Of a stretch of DNA of 64,000 nucleotides, positions 1-10,400 are shown one piece after another. Within the stretch, counting starts at the first letter, position 1; each line of letters begins with the position of its first letter. Below the pieces are notes generated by a model that ran no database searches, was not told the origin of the DNA, and saw only the letters and a list, made by a program, of their open reading frames with translations. The stretch is from Nitrosarchaeum sp. (lineage in GTDB: Archaea > Thermoproteota > Nitrososphaeria > Nitrososphaerales > Nitrosopumilaceae): positions 1 through 64,000 of the forward strand of contig OZ245020.1 in the NCBI GenBank assembly GCA_965223865.1, written 5' to 3'. The translations under genes and the position numbers were made by a program.

Positions 1-1011
1 AAGATTGCTGTAATGGGCATGGGTGTTGCGGGCAGTTATCTTATGGCCAGACTGAAAGATTCGGATCATGAGGTTGTTGGGTATGAGAGAAATACAGAAG
101 AGCGTCATGATTCTATTTGTGCATGGGGAACGATAAAACCAGTTTTAGAAGATTTTTGTAAAAAAGTTGACAGAAATTTTGATGATTTTCTGATCCATGA
201 TGGAAAGACGATGCATGTAAAGATGAATAACAATATAAAGTTCGATATTGGATTGCACGGATTGTGTACTTATGATAAATTAGGATTAATCAAAGATTTC
301 ATAAAAGATTCAAAAATAATTTATGGTAAATCACCAACATTAGAAGAATTAGAATCAGAATATGACATGATAGTTGATTGTACTGGATTTCACAGAGTCT
401 ATCTTCCAAAACTCAAAGAAGATTTCTTTCTGCCAACCTATGAATACAAGGTAGAATATGAAAATGGTCTTCCATATGATGATTTTTACATTGAACCATT
501 TCCTGGAATGTCTGGATATTTTTGGTATTTCCCCTTAGGAGAGAAATGGGCGCATATTGGGGCTGGAGATTACAGAAAAAATCACATCAAGGCAACAGAT
601 GATTTTCTAAAAAAACACGGAGGCAAGGTTTTGAAAACAAAGGGGCGTCCAATTAGATTAGCAACTCCAAACAAGTGTAAGCCATTTTACCAAGGTAAGG
701 TTGTGGGAGTAGGAGAATCAATTGGAACAGTATATGCATTGCTCGGAGAGGGAATAATTCCAAGTATGCAATGTGTTGAGATTTTTTTGGAGAATATGTA
801 TGATTTTAAAGCATATGAAAAAGCAGTTGATGAACACTACAAAGTATATGGAAAAGTGTTTAATTTTGTTCGAGCAAAGATCCACAAAAATTTCTCCATT
901 CTAAAATCATTACCAGATTTTTTGGCAATATTTAGGTATATGAAAAAACATGAGGACAGATTTGGAATGGATATCAAAATGGCAGACTTGATGAAAGTGG
1001 CTAAAGCCTAA
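1..1011 (+). CDS. FAD-dependent oxidoreductase, geranylgeranyl reductase-like (5'-partial; frame open to window edge)
   Basis: Frame reads KIAVMGMGVAG from position 1 (Rossmann GxGxxG); GYFWYFP and VGE..G.V..L.GEGI motifs typical of the GGR family. Confidence 0.75.
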   Translation, partial: KIAVMGMGVAGSYLMARLKDSDHEVVGYERNTEERHDSICAWGTIKPVLEDFCKKVDRNFDDFLIHDGKTMHVKMNNNIKFDIGLHGLCTYDKLGLIKDFIKDSKIIYGKSPTLEELESEYDMIVDCTGFHRVYLPKLKEDFFLPTYEYKVEYENGLPYDDFYIEPFPGMSGYFWYFPLGEKWAHIGAGDYRKNHIKATDDFLKKHGGKVLKTKGRPIRLATPNKCKPFYQGKVVGVGESIGTVYALLGEGIIPSMQCVEIFLENMYDFKAYEKAVDEHYKVYGKVFNFVRAKIHKNFSILKSLPDFLAIFRYMKKHEDRFGMDIKMADLMKVAKA

Positions 1012-1712
1012 CCCAAACTTACAGAACCAAAGTTTTCTCGATTAGTTCTGCTTGAGGCCATATTGTATTCATAAATAATTTTAGAATATTCTTTTAGTTC
1101 TTCTTTCATTGGTTCAATGTTTTCAGATAGATAAAATCCTGGACAATCACCTGTAAATTGAAAAGTTGCATGGACTCTGGCTTTTCCCTTTTCATTTTCA
1201 AGCCATGTAGAAAAGGGATACAAATAACATACTCCAGGCCTATCAGGATGCATACTACATCCACCCTCTTTATCTAGAAATCTACATGAGATATGAGTGC
1301 CATCATCCTTTTCAGTTTCATCAGTTTTTCTTTTTAGATTGATTGTTGTCATGGTAGTCATTGAACCTGATGGTCCTGGTTCCTGATAAGTAATAGTTAG
1401 AGTTTCATTTTTTATAAATTCAGATGTCTTTTGGTACTTCAATCCTTTTCCAATAGTAATCAAATCATCAGAGGTTAAAGGGAGCCTTCCTTGTCTATCA
1501 CAACAATTATGACAATCAGGCCAAAAGCATTTCCATAAAATGTATTTTTTTTCAGAGGAAAGAAAAGGGAGGTGAAAAATTACATCCTTTACTTTAATTT
1601 GATAATCAGAAACAGCTGAAATTTTTCCTAGCATAAAATCTCTCAAAATTGGATCAACATCCCAATCTTTTTGTAATAAATCTAAGGACTCTTGAATTTC
1701 TTTTTGAGACAA
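1008..1712 (-). CDS. YkgJ-family cysteine-cluster (Fe-S/Zn) protein
   Basis: C..PDCHNCC and CRFLD...CSMH..RP.VC.LYPF motifs. Confidence 0.8.
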   Translation of the reverse strand: MSQKEIQESLDLLQKDWDVDPILRDFMLGKISAVSDYQIKVKDVIFHLPFLSSEKKYILWKCFWPDCHNCCDRQGRLPLTSDDLITIGKGLKYQKTSEFIKNETLTITYQEPGPSGSMTTMTTINLKRKTDETEKDDGTHISCRFLDKEGGCSMHPDRPGVCYLYPFSTWLENEKGKARVHATFQFTGDCPGFYLSENIEPMKEELKEYSKIIYEYNMASSRTNRENFGSVSLG

Positions 1713-1747
1713 CTGTTAAGTTATAACATCTTTTGGAGATGTTATTA

Positions 1748-2068
1748 ATGTTGAGTGAAAAAGGGAAATATGCATCAGCTACAGAAAATAGAAGATTTGT
1801 TTGGGCGCAAATTGTATGGCCTTTGATTTTAGAAATTAATGATGTAGCATTTACATTAAAACAGTATCAAAAGAAACGTAATCAAGTTTGTAAAGAAAAA
1901 AATGTAACAATAACTGTTACATCAAGGGGTTTGGTATCTTTAATGCAAAAAGGAATTTTACTCAAAGAAGACAACATCTATTCAATTCATTACAGATTAA
2001 TTCCCTATATGAGATTAAAAGCAGATTGTGATTATGCAACTGCAATTCATGAAGTCAGGATCAAGTAA
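1748..2068 (+). CDS. conserved hypothetical protein, possible winged-helix fold
   Basis: ORF; SRGLVSLMQKGIL helix/wing-like segment; start codon uncertain (1733-1751). Confidence 0.55.
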   Translation: MLSEKGKYASATENRRFVWAQIVWPLILEINDVAFTLKQYQKKRNQVCKEKNVTITVTSRGLVSLMQKGILLKEDNIYSIHYRLIPYMRLKADCDYATAIHEVRIK

Positions 2069-2113
2069 TACCAGCAAATGATTATATTCTAAAACACCAA
2101 AATTTGTTTTGGT

Positions 2114-2219
2114 AGCCCGATAGTCTAGCGGTCAAATATTAATTTTAGATCAAGGATTCTGCCCTCTGGATCTCAAGAGAGGATAGGCGGAGACGGCAGT
2201 TCGAATCTGCCTCGGGCTA
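2114..2219 (+). tRNA. tRNA-Gln(CTG) with two introns (D-loop ~2136-2153; anticodon loop ~2170-2184)
   Basis: Acceptor AGCCCGA/TCGGGCT; T-arm GGCAG-TTCGAAT-CTGCC; anticodon arm CTGCC-CT-CTG-GA-GGCGG forms only after removing a 15-nt insert; D-arm forms after removing an 18-nt insert. Confidence 0.88.
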
Positions 2220-2230
2220 CTGGAAAATTT

Positions 2231-2830
2231 CTATCTAGATGCTTGTGCTATTCTTTCTAGCTCATTCTTTTTCTTAACAGAAGGAGCATTAGGATCATTG
2301 GAGGCAGCAAGGATTAGTTGTTCTGCCATATGTTCTTCAATTGGTTTAGGATTAGAAAATGTTGCTTCCTTTATTGCATCTGCTATGAATTTCAAAGCCA
2401 AATCTACTCTTCGTATAGGTGCAACATCAACTGATACATGATAAACAGTACCGCCATAAACAATTCTTGTAGTATCTTCATTAGGAGCTGAGAATTCAAC
2501 TGCCCTTACTAAAACTTCGACAGGATTTTTTCCAGTCTTTAATGAAATAATATCAAATGCAAGTTTTACAGTATTAAGAACTTTGGTTTTCTTTCCAGTC
2601 ATTCTCCCAGTGTTTTTTGCATATTTTTTTCCAAAATGCATGGTTTTATTGCATAATCTTTCAACAATGTTTACATCTGCTTTGTTAAATCGCTTCAAGG
2701 CAGAACGGCCAAAAGTGTATGGCAGTATCTGTTTTCTCAACGAGATGGCTGTTTTAAGTCCAGGATCATTAATTTCAATATTGGACATATCCCATTTCCT
2801 AAATAATAACAAGTTCTTAGTTTGTGTCAA
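2231..2830 (-). CDS. rps7: 30S ribosomal protein S7 (uS7)
   Basis: APNEDTTRI..GG, VDVAPIRRVD, ERIAQASR; follows S12. Confidence 0.97.
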   Translation of the reverse strand: MTQTKNLLLFRKWDMSNIEINDPGLKTAISLRKQILPYTFGRSALKRFNKADVNIVERLCNKTMHFGKKYAKNTGRMTGKKTKVLNTVKLAFDIISLKTGKNPVEVLVRAVEFSAPNEDTTRIVYGGTVYHVSVDVAPIRRVDLALKFIADAIKEATFSNPKPIEEHMAEQLILAASNDPNAPSVKKKNELERIAQASR

Positions 2831-2832
2831 TT

Positions 2833-3270
2833 CTATCTCCTTGGTTTCTCTTTCTTTCCAATAACTAATTCATGAAGTGCTGTACCATTTACTTTGAATA
2901 CTTTAAATCTCACACCTGGAATATCTCCCATTGCACCACCTTGTGTTGCACCCATTCCTTGGATGTGAACTTCATCGTGTTCATCAATAAAGTTCATTGC
3001 GCCATCTCTGGGTAAGAATGCTGTAACTGTTTTACCATTTTTAATTAACTGAACTCTTACACATTTTCTAACTGCTGAGTTTGGCTGTTTTGCAGCTATT
3101 CCAACTTTTTCTAAGACAATCCCTCTTCCTTGAGGTGCTCCACCTAAAGGATCAGCTTTTTTATCAATTCCAAGTTTTCTTCGCTTGAAAGTAGAAATTG
3201 CCCATCTCTGTCTTTTTCTTTTTGCAATTAAAACTCGACCTGCAAATAATCCGAGTGGTGATTTTGTCAC
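2833..3270 (-). CDS. rps12: 30S ribosomal protein S12 (uS12)
   Basis: [26 protein letters not shown]. Confidence 0.98.
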   Translation of the reverse strand: MTKSPLGLFAGRVLIAKRKRQRWAISTFKRRKLGIDKKADPLGGAPQGRGIVLEKVGIAAKQPNSAVRKCVRVQLIKNGKTVTAFLPRDGAMNFIDEHDEVHIQGMGATQGGAMGDIPGVRFKVFKVNGTALHELVIGKKEKPRR

Positions 3271-3273
3271 ATC

Positions 3274-3738
3274 TTACATCTCCAAGGTTGCCTTTTCAGG
3301 ACTGTTAATTAGAACACTTGTAATATCAAAATATCGTTTGGCAAGAAGTCTTGCCTTTTCAGCATTTCTTCCTTCTCGTCCGACTACGATTCCTTTCTTT
3401 CTTGGATCTACCATAACTATTGCCTGGTTTGAACCATCTGCTCGTTTATTTATTTTTACTTCAGAAACTAGTTTAGGATTTAGTAAATTTGTCAGAAATT
3501 TTGCCGGATCTTCATCAAACTCAACTAGTTCGATATTTTTTTTCACAATATTTTGTAATGATTTGATATGAGTGCCACCTTTACCAATAGCTAAACCCAT
3601 TTTTCCGGTATTGACAACAAAAATTACGCGACCTTGTTTTTCATCGTCAACACAATCACGAGCTGTTGCACCGGTAACGTTTTGGAAAAGAGACATCATA
3701 CGCATTTGATCAGTTGTTAGCTTAATTGATTGTGTCAT
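3274..3738 (-). CDS. nusA: archaeal NusA-like transcription factor
   Basis: Two KH motifs (AIGKGG, VVGREG); conserved position between L30e and S12. Confidence 0.95.
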   Translation of the reverse strand: MTQSIKLTTDQMRMMSLFQNVTGATARDCVDDEKQGRVIFVVNTGKMGLAIGKGGTHIKSLQNIVKKNIELVEFDEDPAKFLTNLLNPKLVSEVKINKRADGSNQAIVMVDPRKKGIVVGREGRNAEKARLLAKRYFDITSVLINSPEKATLEM

Positions 3739-3805
3739 TAGAATTCCTTTTTATCTCCGAAAAAATTTGTCTCATTTAAACTTTCATTTGATGTTGTACT
3801 TTTGA

Positions 3806-4126
3806 TCATTCTTTATCCTCAGTTTCTGTATCTTTAAGAATTGATTTGATATTTGCATCGCTAAGAGAGGTAAAAGCAATACTTGAAATTCTAAACTGCA
3901 AGCCACATAGTTTACCTAATGCGACAGAAGTTCCCTGAAAGTGGACTAATGGTATTTTTTCTTTTTTTGCATCTGATTCAATTTTATCAAACATTTCTTT
4001 TTTTACAGATTGAGACAATACGATTAGTTTTGAGTTTTTTACAGAGTTCAATACTTGCTTTGCACCAATTGTGACATTGCCTTCTTTTTGGGCATCTCTT
4101 AATGATTTTTCTAGTATCTTACTCAT
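3806..4126 (-). CDS. rpl30e: 50S ribosomal protein L30e (eL30)
   Basis: L7Ae/L30e fold motifs (IGAKQV, GTSVALGKLCG); operon position. Confidence 0.9.
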   Translation of the reverse strand: MSKILEKSLRDAQKEGNVTIGAKQVLNSVKNSKLIVLSQSVKKEMFDKIESDAKKEKIPLVHFQGTSVALGKLCGLQFRISSIAFTSLSDANIKSILKDTETEDKE

Positions 4127-4190
4127 TGCTAACCTATTGACGATCGTCTCTTTAGGCCTTTATAGGTTTATTGAAAATTTGTGTATTAAC

Positions 4191-5915
4191 TCAATTAAAA
4201 AATCCAAACAAAGACCCTAATGAGGAAAATGCCATACTGACCTCATCAAAGAAGTTAGATGAGTTTTCCATTTTTGGTTTAAGGATTTGTGAATTTTCGA
4301 TTATCTTGATTTTATTATTACTAGAATAATCGTTTGGTTTTTGATTGTAGAATTGTTTTTCAGTGAGGTGAATTTTTTGCTGATTTAATTCATTGTTAAG
4401 AATAGACAGATTTTTTGTTGCAGTAAAGTAACTAGGATTCTTTTCAATTGCATATAGATATAGGAATTTTGCCTCGTCATGTTGTCCTAAATTTGCGAGA
4501 GCATTTGCTTTGTTGTTTATTGCAGGAAGGAAATCTGAATTAATTTTTAGTACATTATCATAATAAATAATTGCTTCATTATAGAATCCTAATTTAGCAA
4601 GGGTCGAACCTTTGTTGGTCAAAATCTCAATATTACTAGGATCCTTTACAAGTTCCTCATCAAAGAAATTCAGAGAGTTATCAAATTTACAAAGTCGATA
4701 CAACGCAGGTCCCATGCCATCATAGTAAGTTATTGTGTCAGTATATTTACTAGAATCACATTCTAAATTAATTTGATTTAATATCAATCCCAATTCAATA
4801 TCTTCAATAGTTAGGTTGTTTTCTTTTTTAATTTCTTTATCTAATTCTTTTTCAGGTTTTATCTTTTTATCTGATGAATTTGATTTTTTGATTATTGTAG
4901 AATCAGCAGCCTGTTTTTTTTGAATATCTGTTTTCTCTTGTGGGATGTTTTTAACAATCGATTTATTATTGGAAGCATTTTTGTTTGAAGTACTACTTGT
5001 AGTAGTTGAATCATTTTTATCTAAAATGTTATTTTTTTGGGTTATTTCAGTTTCATTTTGATTAGAATCTACATTTTGTTGCGATTCATTTGTGTCTTCA
5101 ATGTTTTGTGAATTTTCTTTATCATCTAAAGTAGAAATGGACTCATCAACTTGTGTATCATTAGCACTATCAGATTTATCAATAACTATTTCTTCATCAG
5201 AAGTTGGTTCTTCAATTTCTTTGAAAAATTCAAAGGAAGTAATTTTTGATGAGTCGGTATACTGGGCTTTAATCGAATATGTCCCATCTACTTTAAAGTT
5301 TACATCAGCCTTTGCTAGAAAGCTTGTAGAAAATTCAAGATCAGAGTTAATGTTTCCAAAATAAAATCCTGCAGGAGCGTCAAAGGTATCATAGATTCCA
5401 ATTAAAACAGTGGGTGAATCTTTCGTAGAAACAGAACCAGTTATTGTTATTGTATCATTATCTGTATATTGAGATTTATCTGTAGTTAACCAAACTATTT
5501 CAGGAGTATATTTTTCGGTAGTTTGTTCAATATCTTCATTTTCTTTTTCAACGCTTTCCTGGTTTGAAATTATGAAAAATCCATTCTTAGATATTTTTCC
5601 GTAGTCAAATTTTACTTTGTATTGCCCGGATTTTTCATAAAAAGGAGAATCTAAAATAATAGTTTTACTAAATGAGCCATCAAAATCGATTTCAACATTA
5701 TTTGCAGCCAAAATTTTTCCATCTGTATCATAAATACTCATTGCAATTACAGGCATTTTTAATTCAGATATTTGACCAACCATAGAAAGAGACTCACCAG
5801 TTGTGTATTCGGATTTGTCAAATGTTACAGAAATAGAATCGGCATAAACTTGAGAGGTAAATGTAAAGGAAATTACGGTTAACACTAACAATACTCCAAG
5901 TTTCAATCCAAGCAC
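4191..5915 (-). CDS. secreted protein: signal peptide, two Ig-like domains, low-complexity acidic linker, C-terminal TPR repeats
   Basis: Hydrophobic N-terminus; DKSEYTTGE and TDKSQYTDND domain starts; TPR pattern NKGSTLAKLG..EA / NKANALANLG..EA. Confidence 0.75.
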   Translation of the reverse strand: MLGLKLGVLLVLTVISFTFTSQVYADSISVTFDKSEYTTGESLSMVGQISELKMPVIAMSIYDTDGKILAANNVEIDFDGSFSKTIILDSPFYEKSGQYKVKFDYGKISKNGFFIISNQESVEKENEDIEQTTEKYTPEIVWLTTDKSQYTDNDTITITGSVSTKDSPTVLIGIYDTFDAPAGFYFGNINSDLEFSTSFLAKADVNFKVDGTYSIKAQYTDSSKITSFEFFKEIEEPTSDEEIVIDKSDSANDTQVDESISTLDDKENSQNIEDTNESQQNVDSNQNETEITQKNNILDKNDSTTTSSTSNKNASNNKSIVKNIPQEKTDIQKKQAADSTIIKKSNSSDKKIKPEKELDKEIKKENNLTIEDIELGLILNQINLECDSSKYTDTITYYDGMGPALYRLCKFDNSLNFFDEELVKDPSNIEILTNKGSTLAKLGFYNEAIIYYDNVLKINSDFLPAINNKANALANLGQHDEAKFLYLYAIEKNPSYFTATKNLSILNNELNQQKIHLTEKQFYNQKPNDYSSNNKIKIIENSQILKPKMENSSNFFDEVSMAFSSLGSLFGFFN

Positions 5916-5968
5916 ATGACTAAAATTGTATTTTTGTATTTAATAATCACGTAGAAATTATACTTGTT

Positions 5969-7147
5969 TTATTCAATAAAAATTTCAATTGATTGAGATG
6001 GAGATAATGGATTTGGATCTGTTAATGATTTCCAAACGAAAGTTTCAATAAAATGACTTCCTGATTTTGATGGCATCCAAGATTGAGAAACATCAAGACT
6101 TTGATTGGGAGAGATCTCTCCTTTTATCCATGCTATTGAAACAACTACATCATTTGAATTCCTTACCTGGAATAAATAGATAAATTGTTGTTTGAAATTT
6201 TGTTCATTAGTAATTGTTCCAACAATTTGTAGTTGATTATGCGTTGAAAATGATTTTAGTTCGTTTCCAAAGGAATCAGATAAAATAACTTGGGAGTTTT
6301 TTATTCTCTCAGTTGGAGGGATTGATGAGTCTAGTTTTCCAGTAGTTGTGATTTCAATGTTATCAGAAATAGTATAAGGACTAGGTAAAGTGTGATCATC
6401 GTATTTTGCATAGATAGAATCTCCAGGAACTGCAAACAGTCTGCTTCCACTAGAAGGCAAGGTTTGCGAAAAAGAAACCTTTGCAATGAATACTCCCGAT
6501 CTTTCTGATGTTTCTATAGCATCAACTTCAATTCCTGCAATATCGGAATCTGATGAAACACGAATAGGTATATGATCTAATCCTTCTGGATTTAGATTCA
6601 TGTCCAAATCAGTTACCATGATTTGGGCAGTTTTACTCGAAATAAAATTTGCCTCTGAAAATTGGATTTCGCCTAAGTTCCAGCTAATTGATGCCGACTC
6701 TGTCAATACTATGCCATCTGCAAATTCAAAAGATATAGTAATTGCCGAATCTCTATCTACTTCCAAAAACCCGCTGGTTGGACCGTTACCAAATGTTCTA
6801 GGGGTTGTGTCAATTTTGCCATCTCCTGTAGCATCATGTGAAAATCCTGTGAGAATAATTTCTGCTGTAAAAATGCCAGTATTTGTACCAGTTTCTGTAA
6901 ACCTATAAGGATCCAAAGAATGTTCCCTAGTTGAAATTTTAATTGGATTTTCTACATAATCACCAATAGAGTCTATCAAGTATCTATCAGCATTCCAGCT
7001 TGGTGCAATTATTGTCATTTTTACCTTATCGGTCCAAGAATACACAGGTTTGTCTGTAAAAATTGGAGAGTATGGATTGCTATAATCAGGAATTTCCTCA
7101 GCAAATACAGGAAAAAGAAACAGTAAGAAAAAAAAGTATTCAAACAT
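5969..7147 (-). CDS. secreted S-layer-related protein, resembling the C-terminal part of the Nitrosopumilus S-layer protein
   Basis: Signal peptide; ETGTNTGIF and DLDMNLNP motifs; C-terminal VVSIAWI.G...SW.P..SG....FVW.S..P..LSP domain recalled from thaumarchaeal SLP. Confidence 0.65.
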   Translation of the reverse strand: MFEYFFFLLFLFPVFAEEIPDYSNPYSPIFTDKPVYSWTDKVKMTIIAPSWNADRYLIDSIGDYVENPIKISTREHSLDPYRFTETGTNTGIFTAEIILTGFSHDATGDGKIDTTPRTFGNGPTSGFLEVDRDSAITISFEFADGIVLTESASISWNLGEIQFSEANFISSKTAQIMVTDLDMNLNPEGLDHIPIRVSSDSDIAGIEVDAIETSERSGVFIAKVSFSQTLPSSGSRLFAVPGDSIYAKYDDHTLPSPYTISDNIEITTTGKLDSSIPPTERIKNSQVILSDSFGNELKSFSTHNQLQIVGTITNEQNFKQQFIYLFQVRNSNDVVVSIAWIKGEISPNQSLDVSQSWMPSKSGSHFIETFVWKSLTDPNPLSPSQSIEIFIE

Positions 7148-7191
7148 AACTAAATTAAATTCTTTAAAGATTTAATGTTTGAGAATATTTT

Positions 7192-7428
7192 CTAAGATTT
7201 TGATTCGTCTTCAGGTAAAGAAATTGCCAAAATATTATCACCACGTAAAAGAACAGTACCAAGATTTATGGATTTATCATCAGAAATGTCTTCGGCATCC
7301 TTTAATGTAAGGTTCATGTGAACGTCAAAGTCTTGTAGATTTCCTTTAATGGTTTTCTTATTTCTTAGTCTAAGTAAGATGGGTTTGTTTTTACTTTTAT
7401 TCATCAAGGTAGAAATTTCATCAGCCAA
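7192..7428 (-). CDS. Sm/Lsm RNA-binding protein
   Basis: Sm1 (GNLQDFDVHMNLTL) and Sm2 (LLRGDNI) motifs; TTG start assumed. Confidence 0.92.
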   Translation of the reverse strand: MADEISTLMNKSKNKPILLRLRNKKTIKGNLQDFDVHMNLTLKDAEDISDDKSINLGTVLLRGDNILAISLPEDESKS

Positions 7429-7453
7429 TTTTATCACAGTTTAAATTTTTTCC

Positions 7454-10400
7454 TCATTTAGTTTTTGATACTTGCATGTAAAGGTCCACTGTTCCACTGC
7501 CAATTGGAATATTACTTCCAACAATAACATTTTCTGTAATACCTTTAAGCTGTTCAACTTCTCCACCCAATGCAGCATGTGCAATGGTTGGAACAGTGAT
7601 TTCAAATGCTGCTCTTGCAAGAACGCTGTCTTTAGTTCCGGCAATACCATGTCTTCCGATTTGCTGCATGTATCCTCTTGAACACATAAGATCAGCTACC
7701 AACATGATGTATCTATTATCAACCTCAAGTCCCTGATCTTCAAGAGTCCCATTTAGTTCATTAATCAATGCATTTCTTGCAGCTTCAATTCCCAAAGTAC
7801 CTGCAATTTCAAAAACGTTATTTGTTCTAACATTTTTCTTATCAATACCTTTAACTTCTAAGACTTTGGCAATGTTTGAACCTGTTGTCTGAATTACCCA
7901 TTCATCATCTTTCTGTACCAAAGTAACTCTCTCAATTTCAGGAACTCCTTTAACAGTAGTATTAAGAACTTTATTTCTAATTGCAATTACAGTTGGTGCA
8001 TCAGACTCTTCAACTAATTTCAGAGTTATTAGCTCGCCAGTTGTTTCCATCTTAAATTTCTTGTTTGATTGTAAAGCGTCTTCAACTTCGCTAATAGTAC
8101 ATCCTCGTTCTTTGAGTCTATTAGCATTCAAAATTAATTTAATTTCAGAATTGTAATCAGTTTCACTGTTAGTGATTAATGCACTAACTTTTGTTTGTAA
8201 GACATTTCTTGCTACTTCAATTGCCTTTTCTCTTGAATTCTTTGATTTCTCATCAAGATAGATATCCATTGTTGGAGTAATTGGTTTCTTTCTTGCATCA
8301 ACAAGTTCAATTAACCTAGGAAGACCTAATGTAACGTTTCTTTCTTTAATTCCTGCAAAATGGAACGTTCTTAAAGTCATTTGAGTTCCAGGTTCACCGA
8401 TTGATTGTGCAGTGATAATTCCCACTGCTTGTCCGGGTTCAACCTTAGCCTTGTTGTAAAGTGTCAGTCCCTTTTTACAAACAGATTCTATACCTTCTTT
8501 ACTAAGTTTTGAATCAAGTAAAGCATTAGTTACAAGATCTCTTAATCTAGGATTGAAAGTCTTTGTGAATTTTTTTGCCAAAGTAGAAATTTCTTCTTTG
8601 GTTGCTTTCTTTCCAGAATCAACAATAGTCTGTGATTCAATTAATCTATTTACGTTAAATGCTTCACCATGATCACTTTTTGCAACATCAATTCCATCCT
8701 CTCCATATAGGAATTGAATAATGTGACCATGTGGGTCTCTAACTGTTCCATCGTATTCTAATCTAATATGCTCAAGTGCGTTAATCAGTCTACGTTGCAT
8801 GTAACCACTTTGTTGTGTTCTAACAGCAGTATCAACTAGTCCTTCTCTACCACCCATCGCATGGAAGAAAAATTCTAATGCAGATAATCCCTCTCGATAA
8901 TTTGATTTAACAAATCCATGTGCATCTGGATTATTATCGTGTTCTTGATAGTGTGGTAATGCTCGATTATTGTAGCCTTCGTGTAACCTATTTCCACGTC
9001 TTGATTGTTGTCCTAACGCACCTGCCATCTGACCTATGTTAAGTGCTGAACCTCTTGCACCAGTTGTGGCCATTATTCTACCAGCATTTGCTTGATCAAG
9101 AGATTGATCTGCAGTGGAACCAGCTTTATCTCTAGCTTTTCCTAATTCATTTACAATGTATGCTTCAAGAGCTTCCTCTGGTCTCATTCCTCTTGTTAGT
9201 TTTAGAGTACCTTTTTCATATTGAGAGGTAAGATCTGCAATTACATCATAGGTTTCTTGAATATCATCTAAAATTTGTTGTTTTTCTTTTTCAGGAACCT
9301 CAAGATCAGCATAACCGTAACTGAATCCATAATGAGTGATGAATTGTTTAACCATGATAAGAATTGAATTTAGGAAATTTTTTCCAACTGCATTGCCATA
9401 GTCTTTTGCAATTCTATGGAGCACACTTTCTGGCTCTTCAGCACCAATTGACGATTTGTCAATTACTCCGCTGATTAATTCACCATTTTTAATTACAACA
9501 TCCTTAGGAGATCCTTTAGTGCCTTTTGACCATTTTGATGTAATAACATAATTGAAATCTTTTGGTAGGAATAATGAAAATAGTTGTTTTCCTGTATAGG
9601 CAGGGCCATCTTTGGTTTTGATTCCAGGCTTTGGGAGTTTATCTTTGTAACCGCCAAGCATAGCAAGATTTGAGAAATCTTGTATTGTTAGAACAGTATC
9701 ATCTTTTGTTAGAAGATATGCACCAGTAACAAAGTCTCTTAAGGCTCCAATAATCGGACCACCATATCGAGGAGAGATTAATTGATCTTGAACTCTCATC
9801 AAGAGAATTGCTTCTGCTCTTGCTTCCTCACTTTGTGGCACATGGAGATTCATTTCATCACCATCAAAGTCTGCGTTGTATGGAGGACACACTGAAGGAT
9901 GTAATCTGAATGTTTTTCCTGGTAGAACTCTTACATAATGAGCCATGATAGACATTTGGTGTAATGAGGGTTGCCTGTTGAACATTACAATATCACCGTC
10001 AGCAAGATGACGCTCTACCAGATATCCTATCTCTAATGTTTCAGCAATAATTGAACGATCTTCTACAAAATCTAATCTAATTTTTACGCCATCAGGTCTT
10101 ACGATATAGTTAACACCTGGAAATTTGTTTGGACCATTAATTACAAGTTTTCTCATTCTATCAATATTCCACTCAGTAACAATTTCAGGAATTGTAAGTT
10201 TTGTTGCCACTGCTTCAGGAACACCAACCTCTGATAAATCCAAGTTAGGATCTGGAGAAATAACAGTTCTACTTGAAAAGTCGACCCTCTTTCCAGATAA
10301 TGAACCTCTAAATCTTCCTTCTTTTCCTTTTAGTCGTTGAGTCAACGTTTTTAGTGGACGACCTGAACGATGATGAGCTTGTGGAATTCCTGAAACTTCA

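Noticed and set aside
2583-3571. Antisense ORFs over rps7/rps12/nusA, and the many similar short antisense ORFs across the window
   Set aside because: Fully overlap well-conserved genes on the opposite strand and show no motifs; typical shadow ORFs.
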